A DNA stretch of 64,000 nt from Auanema rhodensis (lineage: Eukaryota; Animalia; Nematoda), in NCBI GenBank assembly GCA_964057225.1, contig OZ059900.1:24366001-24430000 (forward strand). The letters are read 5' to 3'. The position numbers and the translations under genes were made by a program. Shown one piece after another: positions 38,601-52,900 of the stretch. The notes beneath the pieces are model-generated. The model searched no databases, was not told the DNA's origin, and worked only from the letters and a program-made list of their open reading frames with translations. Position 1 is the first letter of the stretch, and the number at the start of each line of letters is the position of its first letter.

Positions 38601-39752
38601 TTAGTATGTAACACGATGAAATTCGTTGCATTTGACGACTCATATGAACAAAAATCGATTTAATCAATATTAGCCAAAAGGGGCGTGCCCTCAGAATATG
38701 CTGATTTCATTAATTTTCTAACCCCCGTTTTTTTGTCGTGAAAGTGGAACTAGACGTTGAAGGAACAATTTTGAGCTAGGTTTCATTGACATTGCATGAG
38801 TTTGAACACATGAAATCGTAAGTCAAAACCTTGTTTACAGCGAAATTTCCAAAAACTGGTTTTCCAGCATAATAAAATATTTCTCATGGGAAATACTGTG
38901 TTTTTGTATTTTTCTACTGTTCAGCATGTAAAATGTTTCATTTTAGTATTTAACACGCTGAAATTCGTTGCATTTGACGACTCATATGAACAAAAATCGA
39001 TTTAATCAATATTAGCCATAAGGGGCGTGCCCTCAGAATATGCTAATTTCCTTAATTTTCTAACCCCTGTTTTTTTGTCGTGAAAGTGGAAACAGACGTT
39101 GTACAAACAATTTTGAGCTAGGTTTCATTGACATTGCATGAGTTTGAACACATGAAATCGTAAGTCAAAACCTTGTTTACAGCGAAATTTCCAAAAACTG
39201 GTTTTCCAGCATAATAAAATATTTCTCATGAGAAATACTGTGTTTTTGTATTTTTCTAGTGTTCAGCATGTAAAATGCTTCATTTTAGTATGTAACACGA
39301 TGAAATTCGTTGCATTTGACGACTCATATGAACAAAAATCGATTTAATCAATATTAGCCATAAGGGGCGTGCCCTCAGAATATGCTAATTTCATTAATTT
39401 TCTAACCCCTGTTTTTTTGTCGTGAAAGTGGAACTAGACGTTGTAGGAACAATTTTGAGCTAGGTTTCATTGACATTGCATGAGTTTGAACACATGAAAG
39501 CGTAAGTCAAAACCTTGTTTACAGCGAAATTTCCAAAAACTGGTTTTCCAGCATAATAAAATATTTCTCATGGGAAATACTGTGTTTTTGTATTTTTCTA
39601 GTGTTCAGCATGTAAAATGCTTCATTTTAGTATGTAACACGCTGAAATTCGTTGCATTTGACGACTCATATGAACAAAAATCGATTTAATCAATATTAGC
39701 CATAAGGGGCGTGCCCTCAGAATATGCTAATTTCCTTAATTTTCTAACCCCT
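35649..39752 (+). repeat. 6-mer higher-order repeat (2052 bp), 2 copies
   Basis: Rare variants recur 2052 bp apart: AACCAG/CGTATGTC (35649, 37701), GTTGAAGG/CTACTG/TATTTA (36675, 38727), GAAAGCG (37359, 39411). Confidence 0.93.
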
Positions 39753-42146
39753 GTTTTTTTGTCGTGAAAGTGGAAACAGACGTTGTAGGAACAATTTTGA
39801 GCTAGGTTTCATTGACATTGCATGAGTTTGAACACATGAAATCGTAAGTCAAAACCTTGTTTACAGCGAAATTTCCAAAAACTGGTTTTCCAGCATAATA
39901 AAATATTTCTCATGAGAAATACTGTGTTTTTGTATTTTTCTAGTGTTCAGCATGTAAAATGCTTCATTTTAGTATGTAACACGATGAAATTCGTTGCATT
40001 TGACGACTCATATGAACAAAAATCGATTTAATCAATATTAGCCATAAGGGGCGTGCCCTCAGAATATGCTAATTTCCTAAATTTTCTAACCCCTGTTTTT
40101 TTGTCGGGAAAGTGGGACTAGACGTTGTACGAACAATTTTGAGCTAGGTTTCATTGACATTGCATGAGTTTGAACACATGAAATCGTAAGTCAAAACCTT
40201 GTTTACAGCGAAATTTCCAAAAACTGGTTTTCCAGCATAATAAAATATTTCTCATGGGAAATACTGTGTTTTTGTATTTTTCTAGTGTTCAGCATGTAAA
40301 ATGCTTCATTTTAGTATGTAACACGCTGAAATTCGTTGCATTTGACGACTCATATGAACAAAAATCGATTTAATCAATATTAGCCATAAGGGGCGTGCCC
40401 TCAGAATATGCTAATTTCCTTAATTTTCTAACCCCTGTTTTTTTGTCGTGAAAGTGGGACTAGACGTTGTACGAACAATTTTGAGCTAGGTTTCATTGAC
40501 ATTGCATGAGTTTGAACACATGAAATCGTAAGTCAAAACCTTGTTTACAGCGAAATTTCCAAAAACTGGTTTTCCAGCATAATAAAATATTTCTCATGGG
40601 AAATACTGTGTTTTTGTATTTTTCTAGTGTTCAGCATGTAAAATGCTTCATTTTAGTATGTAACACGCTGAAATTCGTTGCATTTGACGACTCATATGAA
40701 CAAAAATCGATTTAATCAATATTAGCCATAAGGGGCGTGCCCTCAGAATATGCTAATTCCCTTAATTTTCTAACCCCTGTTTTTTTGTCGTGAAAGTGGA
40801 ACTAGACGTTGTACAAACAATTTTGAGCTAGGTTTCATTGACATTGCATGAGTTTGAACACATGAAATCGTAAGTCAAAACCTTGTTTACAGCGAAATTT
40901 CCAAAAACTGGTTTTCCAGCATAATAAAATATTTCTCATGGGAAATACTGTGTTTTTGTATTTTTCTAGTGTTCAGCATGTAAAATGCTTCATTTAAGTA
41001 TGTAACACGCTGAAATTCGTTGCATTTGACGACTCATATGAACAAAAATCGATTTAATCAATATTAGCCATAAGGGGCGTGCCCTTAGAATATGCTAATT
41101 TCCTTAATTTTCTAACCCCGGTTTTTTTGTCGTGAAAGTGGAATTAGACGTTGTAGGAACAATTTTGAGCTAGGTTTCATTGACATTGCATGAGTTTGAA
41201 CACATGAAATCGTAAGTCAAAACCTTGTTTACAGCGAAATTTCCAAAAACTGGTTTTCCAGCATAATAAAATATTTCTCATGGGAAATACTGTGTTTTTG
41301 TATTTTTCTAGTGTTCAGCATGTAAAATGCTTCATTTTAGTATGTAACACGCTGAAATTCGTTGCATTTGACTACTCATATGAACAAAAATCGATTTAAT
41401 CAATATTAGCCATAAGGGGCGTGCCCTCAGAATATGCTGATTTCCTTAATTTTCCAACCCCTGTTTTTTTGTCGTGAAAGTGGAACTAGACGTTGTACAA
41501 ACAATTTTGAGCTAGGTTTCATTGACATTGCATGAGTTTGAACACATGAAATCGTAAGTCAAAACCTTGTTTACAGCGAAATTTCCAAAAACTGGTTTTC
41601 CAGCATAATAAAATATTTCTCATGAGAAATACTGTGTTTTTGTATTTTTCTAGTGTTCAGCATGTAAAATGCTTCATTTTAGTATGTAACACGATGAAAT
41701 TCGTTGCATTTGACGACTCATATGAACAAAAATCGATTTAATCAATATTAGCCATAAGGGGCGTGCCCTCAGAATATGCTAATTTCATTAATTTTCTAAC
41801 CCCTGTTTTTTTGTCGTGAAAGTGGAACTAGACGTTGTAGGAACAATTTTGAGCTAGGTTTCATTGACATTGCATGAGTTTGAACACATGAAATCGTAAG
41901 TCAAAACCTTGTTTACAGCGAAATTTCCAAAAACTGGTTTTCCAGCATAATAAAATATTTCTCATGGGAAATACTGTGTTTTTGTATTTTTCTAGTGTTC
42001 AGCATGTAAAATGCTTCATTTTAGTATGTAACACGCTGAAATTCGTTGCATTTGACGACTCATATGAACAAAAATCGATTTAATCAATATTAGCCATAAG
42101 GGGCGTGCCCTCAGAATATGCTAATTTCCTTAATTTTCTAACCCCT

Positions 42147-45100
42147 GTTTTTTTGTCGTGAAAGTGGAACTAGACGTTGTACAAACAATTTTGAGCTAGG
42201 TTTCATTGACATTGCATGAGTTTGAACACATGAAATCGTAAGTCAAAACCTTGTTTACAGCGAAATTTCTAAAAACTGGTTTTCCAGCATAATAAAATAT
42301 TTCTCATGGGAAATACTGTGTTTTTGTATTTTTCTAGTGTTCAGCATGTAAAATGCTTCATTTTAGTATGTAACACGCTGAAATTCGTTGCATTTGACGA
42401 CTCATATGAACAAAAATCGATTTAATCAATATTAGCCATAAGGGGCGTGCCCTCAGAATATGCTAATTTCCTTAATTTTCTAACCCCTGTTTTTTTGTCG
42501 TGAAAGTGGAACTAGACGTTGTAGGAACAATTTTGAGCTAGGTTTCATTGACATTGCATGAGTTTGAACACATGAAATCGTAAGTCAAAACCTTGTTTAC
42601 AGCGAAATTTCCAAAAACTGGTTTTCCAGCATAATAAAATATTTCTCATGGGAAATACTGTGTTTTTGTATTTTTCTAGTGTTCAGCATGTGAAATGCTT
42701 CATTTTAGTATGTAACACGCTGAAATTCGTTGCATTTGACGACTCATATGAACAAAAATCGATTTAATCAATATTAGCCATAAGGGGCGTGCCCTCAGAA
42801 TATGCTAATTTCCTTAATTTTCTAACCCCGGTTTTTTTGTCGTGAAAGTGGAATTAGACGTTGTAGGAACAATTTTGAGCTAGGTTTCATTGACATTGCA
42901 TGAGTTTGAACACATGAAATCGTAAGTCAAAACCTTGTTTACAGCGAAATTTCCAAAAACTGGTTTTCCAGCATAATAAAATATTTCTCATGGGAAATAC
43001 TGTGTTTTTGTATTTTTCTAGTGTTCAGCATGTAAAATGCTTCATTTTAGTATGTAACACGCTGAAATTCGTTGCATTTGACTACTCATATGAACAAAAA
43101 TCGATTTAATCAATATTAGCCATAAGGGGCGTGCCCTCAGAATATGCTAATTTCCTTAATTTTCTAACCCCTGTTTTTTTGTCGTGAAAGTGGAACTAGA
43201 CGTTGTACAAACAATTTTGAGCTAGGTTTCATTGACATTGCATGAGTTTGAACACATGAAATCGTAAGTCAAAACCTTGTTTACAGCGAAATTTCCCAAA
43301 ACTGGTTTTCCAGCATAATAAAATATTTCTCATGGGAAATACTGTGTTTTTGTATTTTTCTAGTGTTCAGCATGTGAAATGCTTCATTTTAGTATGAAAC
43401 ACGCTGAAATTCGTTGCATTTGACGACTCATATGAACAAAAATCGATTTAATCAATATTAGCCATAAGGGGCGTGCCCTCAGAATATGCTAATTTCCTTA
43501 ATTTTCTAACCCCGGTTTTTTTGTCGTGAAAGTGGAATTAGACGTTGTAGGAACAATTTTGAGCTAGGTTTCATTGACATTGCATGAGTTTGAACACATG
43601 AAATCGTAAGTCAAAACCTTGTTTACAGCGAAATTTCCAAAAACTGGTTTTCCAGCATAATAAAATATTTCTCATGGGAAATACTGTGTTTTTGTATTTT
43701 TCTAGTGTTCAGCATGTAAAATGCTTCATTTCAGTATGTAACACGCTGAAATTCGTTGCATTTGACGACTCATATGAACAAAAATCGATTTAATCAATAT
43801 TAGCCATAAGGGGCGTGCCCTCAGAATATGCTAATTTCCTTAATTTTCTAACCCCGGTTTTTTTGTCGTGAAAGTGGAATTAGACGTTGTAGGAACAATT
43901 TTGAGCTAGGTTTCATTGACATTGCATGACTTTGAACACATGAAATCGTAAGTCAAAACCTTGTTTACAGCGAAATTTCCAAAAACTGGTTTTCCAGCAT
44001 AATAAAATATTTCTCATGGGAAATACTGTGTTTTTGTATTTTTCTAGTGTTCAGCATGTAAAATGCTTCATTTTAGTATGTAACACGCTGAAATTCGTTG
44101 CATTTGACTACTCATATGAACAAAAATCGATTTAATCAATATTAGCCATAAGGGGCGTGCCCTCAGAATATGCTAATTTCCTTAATTTTCTAACCCCTGT
44201 TTTTTTGTCGTGAAAGTGGAACTAGACGTTGTACAAACAATTTTGAGCTAGGTTTCATTGACATTGCATGAGTTTGAACACATGAAATCGTAAGTCAAAA
44301 CCTTGTTTACAGCGAAATTTCCAAAAACTGGTTTTCCAGCATAATAAAATATTTCTCATGGGAAATACTGTGTTTTTGTATATTTCTAGTGTTCAGCATG
44401 TAAAATGCTTCATTTTAGTATGTAACACGCTGAAATTCGTTGCATTTGACGACTCATATGAACAAAAATCGATTTAATCAATATTAGCCATAAGGGGCGT
44501 GCCCTCAGAATATGCTAATTTCCTTAATTTTCTAACCCCTGTTTTTTTGTCGTGAAAGTGGAACTAGACGTTGTAGGAACAATTTTGAGCTAGGTTTCAT
44601 TGACATTGCATGAGTTTGAACACATGAAATCGTAAGTCAAAACCTTGTTTACAGCGAAATTTCCAAAAACTGGTTTTCCAGCATAATAAAATATTTCTCA
44701 TGGGAAATACTGTGTTTTTGTATTTTTCTAGTGTTCAGCATGTGAAATGCTTCATTTTAGTATGTAACACGCTGAAATTCGTTGCATTTGACGACTCATA
44801 TGAACAAAAATCGATTTAATCAATATTAGCCATAAGGGGCGTGCCCTCAGAATATGCTAATTTCCTTAATTTTCTAACCCCGGTTTTTTTGTCGTGAAAG
44901 TGGAATTAGACGTTGTAGGAACAATTTTGAGCTAGGTTTCATTGACATTGCATGAGTTTGAACACATGAAATCGTAAGTCAAAACCTTGTTTACAGCGAA
45001 ATTTCCAAAAACTGGTTTTCCAGCATAATAAAATATTTCTCATGGGAAATACTGTGTTTTTGTATTTTTCTAGTGTTCAGCATGTAAAATGCTTCATTTT

Positions 45101-46250
45101 AGTATGTAACACGCTGAAATTCGTTGCATTTGACTACTCATATGAACAAAAATCGATTTAATCAATATTAGCCATAAGGGGCGTGCCCTCAGAATATGCT
45201 AATTTCCTTAATTTTCTAACCCCTGTTTTTTTGTCGTGAAAGTGGAACTAGACGTTGTACAAACAATTTTGAGCTAGGTTTCATTGACATTGCATGAGTT
45301 TGAACACATGAAATCGTAAGTCAAAACCTTGTTTACAGCGAAATTTCCAAAAACTGGTTTTCCAGCATAATAAAATATTTCTCATGGGAAATACTGTGTT
45401 TTTGTATTTTTCTAGTGTTCAGCATGTGAAATGCTTCATTTTAGTATGAAACACGCTGAAATTCGTTGCATTTGACGACTCATATGAACAAAAATCGATT
45501 TAATCAATATTAGCCATAAGGGGCGTGCCCTCAGAATATGCTAATTTCCTTAATTTTCTAACCCCGGTTTTTTTGTCGTGAAAGTGGAATTAGACGTTGT
45601 AGGAACAATTTTGAGCTAGGTTTCATTGACATTGCATGAGTTTGAACACATGAAATCGTAAGTCAAAACCTTGTTTACAGCGAAATTTCCAAAAACTGGT
45701 TTTCCAGCATAATAAAATATTTCTCATGGGAAATACTGTGTTTTTGTATTTTTCTAGTGTTCAGCATGTAAAATGCTTCATTTTAGTATGTAACACGCTG
45801 AAATTCGTTGCATTTGACGACTCATATGAACAAAAATCGATTTAATCAATATTAGCCATAAGGGGCGTGCCCTCAGAATATGCTAATTTCCTTAATTTTC
45901 TAACCCCGGTTTTTTTGTCGTGAAAGTGGAATTAGACGTTGTAGGAACAATTTTGAGCTAGGTTTCATTGACATTGCATGACTTTGAACACATGAAATCG
46001 TAAGTCAAAACCTTGTTTACAGCGAAATTTCCAAAAACTGGTTTTCCAGCATAATAAAATATTTCTCATGGGAAATACTGTGTTTTTGTATTTTTCTAGT
46101 GTTCAGCATGTAAAATGCTTCATTTTAGTATGTAACACGCTGAAATTCGTTGCATTTGACTACTCATATGAACAAAAATCGATTTAATCAATATTAGCCA
46201 TAAGGGGCGTGCCCTCAGAATATGCTAATTTCCTTAATTTTCTAACCCCT
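42147..46250 (+). repeat. Second, different 6-mer higher-order repeat (2052 bp), 2 copies
   Basis: ATGAAAC monomers at 43173 and 45225, and AATT+ATGACTT+GACTACT monomers at 43857 and 45909. The intervening order is conserved. Confidence 0.85.
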
Positions 46251-46934
46251 GTTTTTTTGTCGTGAAAGTGGAACTAGACGTTGTACAAACAATTTTGAGC
46301 TAGGTTTCATTGACATTGCATGAGTTTGAACACATGAAATCGTAAGTCAAAACCTTGTTTACAGCGAAATTTCCAAAAACTGGTTTTCCAGCATAATAAA
46401 ATATTTCTCATGGGAAATACTGTGTTTTTGTATTTTTCTAGTGTTCAGCATGTGAAATGCTTCATTTTAGTATGAAACACGCTGAAATTCGTTGCATTTG
46501 ACGACTCATATGAACAAAAATCGATTTAATCAATATTAGCCATAAGGGGCGTGCCCTCAGAATATGCTAATTTCCTTAATTTTCTAACCCCGGTTTTTTT
46601 GTCGTGAAAGTGGAATTAGACGTTGTAGGAACAATTTTGAGCTAGGTTTCATTGACATTGCATGAGTTTGAACACATGAAATCGTAAGTCAAAACCTTGT
46701 TTACAGCGAAATTTCCAAAAACTGGTTTTCCAGCATAATAAAATATTTCTCATGGGAAATACTGTGTTTTTGTATTTTTCTAGTGTTCAGCATGTAAAAT
46801 GCTTCATTTTAGTATGTAACACGCTGAAATTCGTTGCATTTGACTACTCATATGAACAAAAATCGATTTAATCAATATTAGCCATAAGGGGCGTGCCCTC
46901 AGAATATGCTAATTTCCTTAATTTTCTAACCCCT

Positions 46935-49900
46935 GTTTTTTTGTCGTGAAAGTGGAACTAGACGTTGTACAAACAATTTTGAGCTAGGTTTCATTGACAT
47001 TGCATGACTTTGAACACATGAAATCGTAAGTCAAAACCTTGTTTACAGCGAAATTTCCAAAAACTGGTTTTCCAGCATAATAAAATATTTCTCATGAGAA
47101 ATACTGTGTTTTTGTATTTTTCTAGTGTTCAGCATGTAAAATGCTTCATTTTAGTATGTAACACGCTGAAATTCGTTGCATTTGACGACTCATATGAACA
47201 AAAATCGATTTAATCAATATTAGCCATAAGGGGCGTGCCCTCAGAATATGCTAATTTCCTTAATTTTCTAACCCCGGTTTTTTTGTCGTGAAAGTGGAAC
47301 TAGACGTTGTAGGAACAATTTTGAGCTAGGTTTCATTGACATTGCATGAGTTTGAACACATGAAATCGTAAGTCAAAACCTTGTTTACAGCGAAATTTCC
47401 AAAAACTGGTTTTCCAGCATAATAAAATATTTCTCATGGGAAATACTGTGTTTTTGTATTTTTCTAGTGTTCAGCATGTAAAATGCTTCATTTTAGTATG
47501 TAACACGCTGAAATTCGTTGCATTTGACTACTCATATGAACAAAAATCGATTTAATCAATATTAGCCATAAGGGGCGTGCCCTCAGAATATGCTAATTTC
47601 CTTAATTTTCTAACCCCTGTTTTTTTGTCGTGAAAGTGGAACTAGACGTTGTAGGAACAATTTTGAGCTAGGTTTCATTGACATTGCATGAGTTTGAACA
47701 CATGAAATCGTAAGTCAAAACCTTGTTTACAGCGAAATTTCCAAAAACTGGTTTTCCAGCATAATAAAATATTTCTCATGGGAAATACTGTGTTTTTGTA
47801 TTTTTCTAGTGTTCAGCATGTGAAATGCTTCATTTTAGTATGTAACACGCTGAAATTCGTTGCATTTGACTACTCATATGAACAAAAATCGATTTAATCA
47901 ATATTAGCCATAAGGGGCGTGCCCTCAGAATATGCTAATTTCCTTAATTTTCTAACCCCTGTTTTTTTGTCGTGAAAGTGGAACTAGACGTTGTAGGAAC
48001 AATTTTGAGCTAGGTTTCATTGACATTGCATGAGTTTGAACACATGAAATCGTAAGTCAAAACCTTGTTTACAGCGAAATTTCCAAAAACTGGTTTTCCA
48101 GCATAATAAAATATTTCTCATGGGAAATACTGTGTTTTTGTATTTTTCTAGTGTTCAGCATGTGAAATGCTTCATTTTAGTATGTAACACGCTGAAATTC
48201 GTTGCATTTGACGACTCATATGAACAAAAATCGATTTAATCAATATTAGCCATAAGGGGCGTGCCCTCAGAATATGCTAATTTCCTTAATTTTCTAACCC
48301 CGGTTTTTTTGTCGTGAAAGTGGAATTAGACGTTGTAGGAACAATTTTGAGCTAGGTTTCATTGACATTGCATGAGTTTGAACACATGAAATCGTAAGTC
48401 AAAACCTTGTTTACAGCGAAATTTCCAAAAACTGGTTTTCCAGCATAATAAAATATTTCTCATGGGAAATACTGTGTTTTTGTATTTTTCTAGTGTTCAG
48501 CATGTAAAATGTTTCATTTTAGTATGTAACACGCTGAAATTCGTTGCATTTGACGACTCATATGAACAAAAATCGATTTAATCAATATTAGCCATAAGGG
48601 GCGTGCCCTCAGAATATGCTAATTTCCTTAATTTTCTAACCCCTGTTTTTTTGTCGTGAAAGTGGAACTAGACGTTGTAGGAACAATTTTGAGCTAGGTT
48701 TCATTGACATTGCATGAGTTTGAACACATGAAATCGTAAGTCAAAACCTTGTTTACAGCGAAATTTCCAAAAACTGGTTTTCCAGCATAATAAAATATTT
48801 CTCATGGGAAATACTGTGTTTTTGTATTTTTCTAGTGTTCAGCATGTAAAATGCTTCATTTTAGTATGTAACACGCTGAAATTCGTTGCATTTGACGACT
48901 CATATGAACAAAAATCGATTTAATCAATATTAGCCATAAGGGGCGTGCCCTCAGAATATGCTAATTTCCTTAATTTTCTAACCCCTGTTTTTTTGTCGTG
49001 AAAGTGGAATTAGACGTTGTAGGAACAATTTTGAGCTAGGTTTCATTGACATTGCATGAGTTTGAACGCATGAAATCGTAAGTCAAAACCTTGTTTACAG
49101 CGAAATTTCCAAAAACTGGTTTTCCAGCATAATAAAATATTTCTCATGGGAAATACTGTGTTTTTGTATTTTTATAGTGTTCAGCATGTAAAATGCTTCA
49201 TTTTAGTATGTAACACGCTGAAATTCGTTGCATTTGACGACTCATATGAACAAAAATCGATTTAATCAATATTAGCCATAAGGGGCGTGCCCTCAGAATA
49301 TGCTAATTTCCTTAATTTTCTAACCCCGGTTTTTTTGTCGTGAAAGTGGAATTAGACGTTGTAGGAACAATTTTGAGCTAGGTTTCATTGACATTGCATG
49401 AGTTTGAACACATGAAATCGTAAGTCAAAACCTTGTTTACAGCGAAATTTCCAAAAACTGGTTTTCCAGCATAATAAAATATTTCTCATGGGAAATACTG
49501 TGTTTTTGTATTTTTCTAGTGTTCAGCATGTAAAATGCTTCATTTTAGTATGTAACACGCTGAAATTCGTTGCATTTGACTACTCATATGAACAAAAATC
49601 GATTTAATCAATATTAGCCATAAGGGGCGTGCCCTCAGAATATGCTAATTTCCTTAATTTTCTAACCCCTGTTTTTTTGTCGTGAAAGTGGAACTAGACG
49701 TTGTAGGAACAATTTTGAGCTAGGTTTCATTGACATTGCATGAGTTTGAACACATGAAATCGTAAGTCAAAACCTTGTTTACAGCGAAATTTCCAAAAAC
49801 TGGTTTTCCAGCATAATAAAATATTTCTCATGGGAAATACTGTGTTTTTGTATTTTTCTAGTGTTCAGCATGTAAAATGCTTCATTTTAGTATGTAACAC

Positions 49901-52900
49901 GCTGAAATTCGTTGCATTTGACTACTCATATGAACAAAAATCGATTTAATCAATATTAGCCATAAGGGGCGTGCCCTCAGAATATGCTAATTTCCTTAAT
50001 TTTCTAACCCCTGTTTTTTTGTCGTGAAAGTGGAACTAGACGTTGTACAAACAATTTTGAGCTAGGTTTCATTGACATTGCATGACTTTGAACACATGAA
50101 ATCGTAAGTCAAAACCTTGTTTACAGCGAAATTTCCAAAAACTGGTTTTCCAGCATAATAAAATATTTCTCATGAGAAATACTGTGTTTTTGTATTTTTC
50201 TAGTGTTCAGCATGTAAAATGCTTCATTTTAGTATGTAACACGCTGAAATTCGTTGCATTTGACTACTCATATGAACAAAAATCGATTTAATCAATATTA
50301 GCCATAAGGGGCGTGCCCTCAGAATATGCTAATTTCCTTAATTTTCTAACCCCTGTTTTTTTGTCGTGAAAGTGGAACTAGACGTTGTACAAACAATTTT
50401 GAGCTAGGTTTCATTGACATTGCATGACTTTGAACACATGAAATCGTAAGTCAAAACCTTGTTTACAGCGAAATTTCCAAAAACTGGTTTTCCAGCATAA
50501 TAAAATATTTCTCATGAGAAATACTGTGTTTTTGTATTTTTCTAGTGTTCAGCATGTAAAATGCTTCATTTTAGTATGTAACACGCTGAAATTCGTTGCA
50601 TTTGACGACTCATATGAACAAAAATCGATTTAATCAATATTAGCCATAAGGGGCGTGCCCTCAGAATATGCTAATTTCCTTAATTTTCTAACCCCGGTTT
50701 TTTTGTCGTGAAAGTGGAACTAGACGTTGTAGGAACAATTTTGAGCTAGGTTTCATTGACATTGCATGAGTTTGAACACATGAAATCGTAAGTCAAAACC
50801 TTGTTTACAGCGAAATTTCCAAAAACTGGTTTTCCAGCATAATAAAATATTTCTCATGGGAAATACTGTGTTTTTGTATTTTTCTAGTGTTCAGCATGTA
50901 AAATGCTTCATTTTAGTATGTAACACGCTGAAATTCGTTGCATTTGACTACTCATATGAACAAAAATCGATTTAATCAATATTAGCCATAAGGGGCGTGC
51001 CCTCAGAATATGCTAATTTCCTTAATTTTCTAACCCCTGTTTTTTTGTCGTGAAAGTGGAACTAGACGTTGTAGGAACAATTTTGAGCTAGGTTTCATTG
51101 ACATTGCATGAGTTTGAACACATGAAATCGTAAGTCAAAACCTTGTTTACAGCGAAATTTCCAAAAACTGGTTTTCCAGCATAATAAAATATTTCTCATG
51201 GGAAATACTGTGTTTTTGTATTTTTCTAGTGTTCAGCATGTGAAATGCTTCATTTTAGTATGTAACACGCTGAAATTCGTTGCATTTGACTACTCATATG
51301 AACAAAAATCGATTTAATCAATATTAGCCATAAGGGGCGTGCCCTCAGAATATGCTAATTTCCTTAATTTTCTAACCCCTGTTTTTTTGTCGTGAAAGTG
51401 GAACTAGACGTTGTAGGAACAATTTTGAGCTAGGTTTCATTGACATTGCATGAGTTTGAACACATGAAATCGTAAGTCAAAACCTTGTTTACAGCGAAAT
51501 TTCCAAAAACTGGTTTTCCAGCATAATAAAATATTTCTCATGGGAAATACTGTGTTTTTGTATTTTTCTAGTGCTCAGCATGTGAAATGCTTCATTTTAG
51601 TATGTAACACGCTGAAATTCGTTGCATTTGACGACTCATATGAACAAAAATCGATTTAATCAATATTAGCCATAAGGGGCGTGCCCTCAGAATATGCTAA
51701 TTTCCTTAATTTTCTAACCCCGGTTTTTTTGTCGTGAAAGTGGAATTAGACGTTGTAGGAACAATTTTGAGCTAGGTTTCATTGACATTGCATGAGTTTG
51801 AACACATGAAATCGTAAGTCAAAACCTTGTTTACAGCGAAATTTCCAAAAACTGGTTTTCCAGCATAATAAAATATTTCTCATGGGAAATACTGTGTTTT
51901 TGTATTTTTCTAGTGTTCAGCATGTAAAATGTTTCATTTTAGTATGTAACACGCTGAAATTCGTTGCATTTGACGACTCATATGAACAAAAATCGATTTA
52001 ATCAATATTAGCCATAAGGGGCGTGCCCTCAGAATATGCTAATTTCCTTAATTTTCTAACCCCTGTTTTTTTGTCGTGAAAGTGGAACTAGACGTTGTAG
52101 GAACAATTTTGAGCTAGGTTTCATTGACATTGCATGAGTTTGAACACATGAAATCGTAAGTCAAAACCTTGTTTACAGCGAAATTTCCAAAAACTGGTTT
52201 TCCAGCATAATAAAATATTTCTCATGGGAAATACTGTGTTTTTGTATTTTTCTAGTGTTCAGCATGTAAAATGCTTCATTTTAGTATGTAACACGCTGAA
52301 ATTCGTTGCATTTGACGACTCATATGAACAAAAATCGATTTAATCAATATTAGCCATAAGGGGCGTGCCCTCAGAATATGCTAATTTCCTTAATTTTCTA
52401 ACCCCTGTTTTTTTGTCGTGAAAGTGGAATTAGACGTTGTAGGAACAATTTTGAGCTAGGTTTCATTGACATTGCATGAGTTTGAACACATGAAATCGTA
52501 AGTCAAAACCTTGTTTACAGCGAAATTTCCAAAAACTGGTTTTCCAGCATAATAAAATATTTCTCATGGGAAATACTGTGTTTTTGTATTTTTCTAGTGT
52601 TCAGCATGTGAAATGCTTCATTTTAGTATGTAACACGCTGAAATTCGTTGCATTTGACGACTCATATGAACAAAAATCGATTTAATCAATATTAGCCATA
52701 AGGGGCGTGCCCTCAGAATATGCTAATTTCCTTAATTTTCTAACCCCGGTTTTTTTGTCGTGAAAGTGGAATTAGACGTTGTAGGAACAATTTTGAGCTA
52801 GGTTTCATTGACATTGCATGAGTTTGAACACATGAAATCGTAAGTCAAAACCTTGTTTACAGCGAAATTTCCAAAAACTGGTTTTCCAGCATAATAAAAT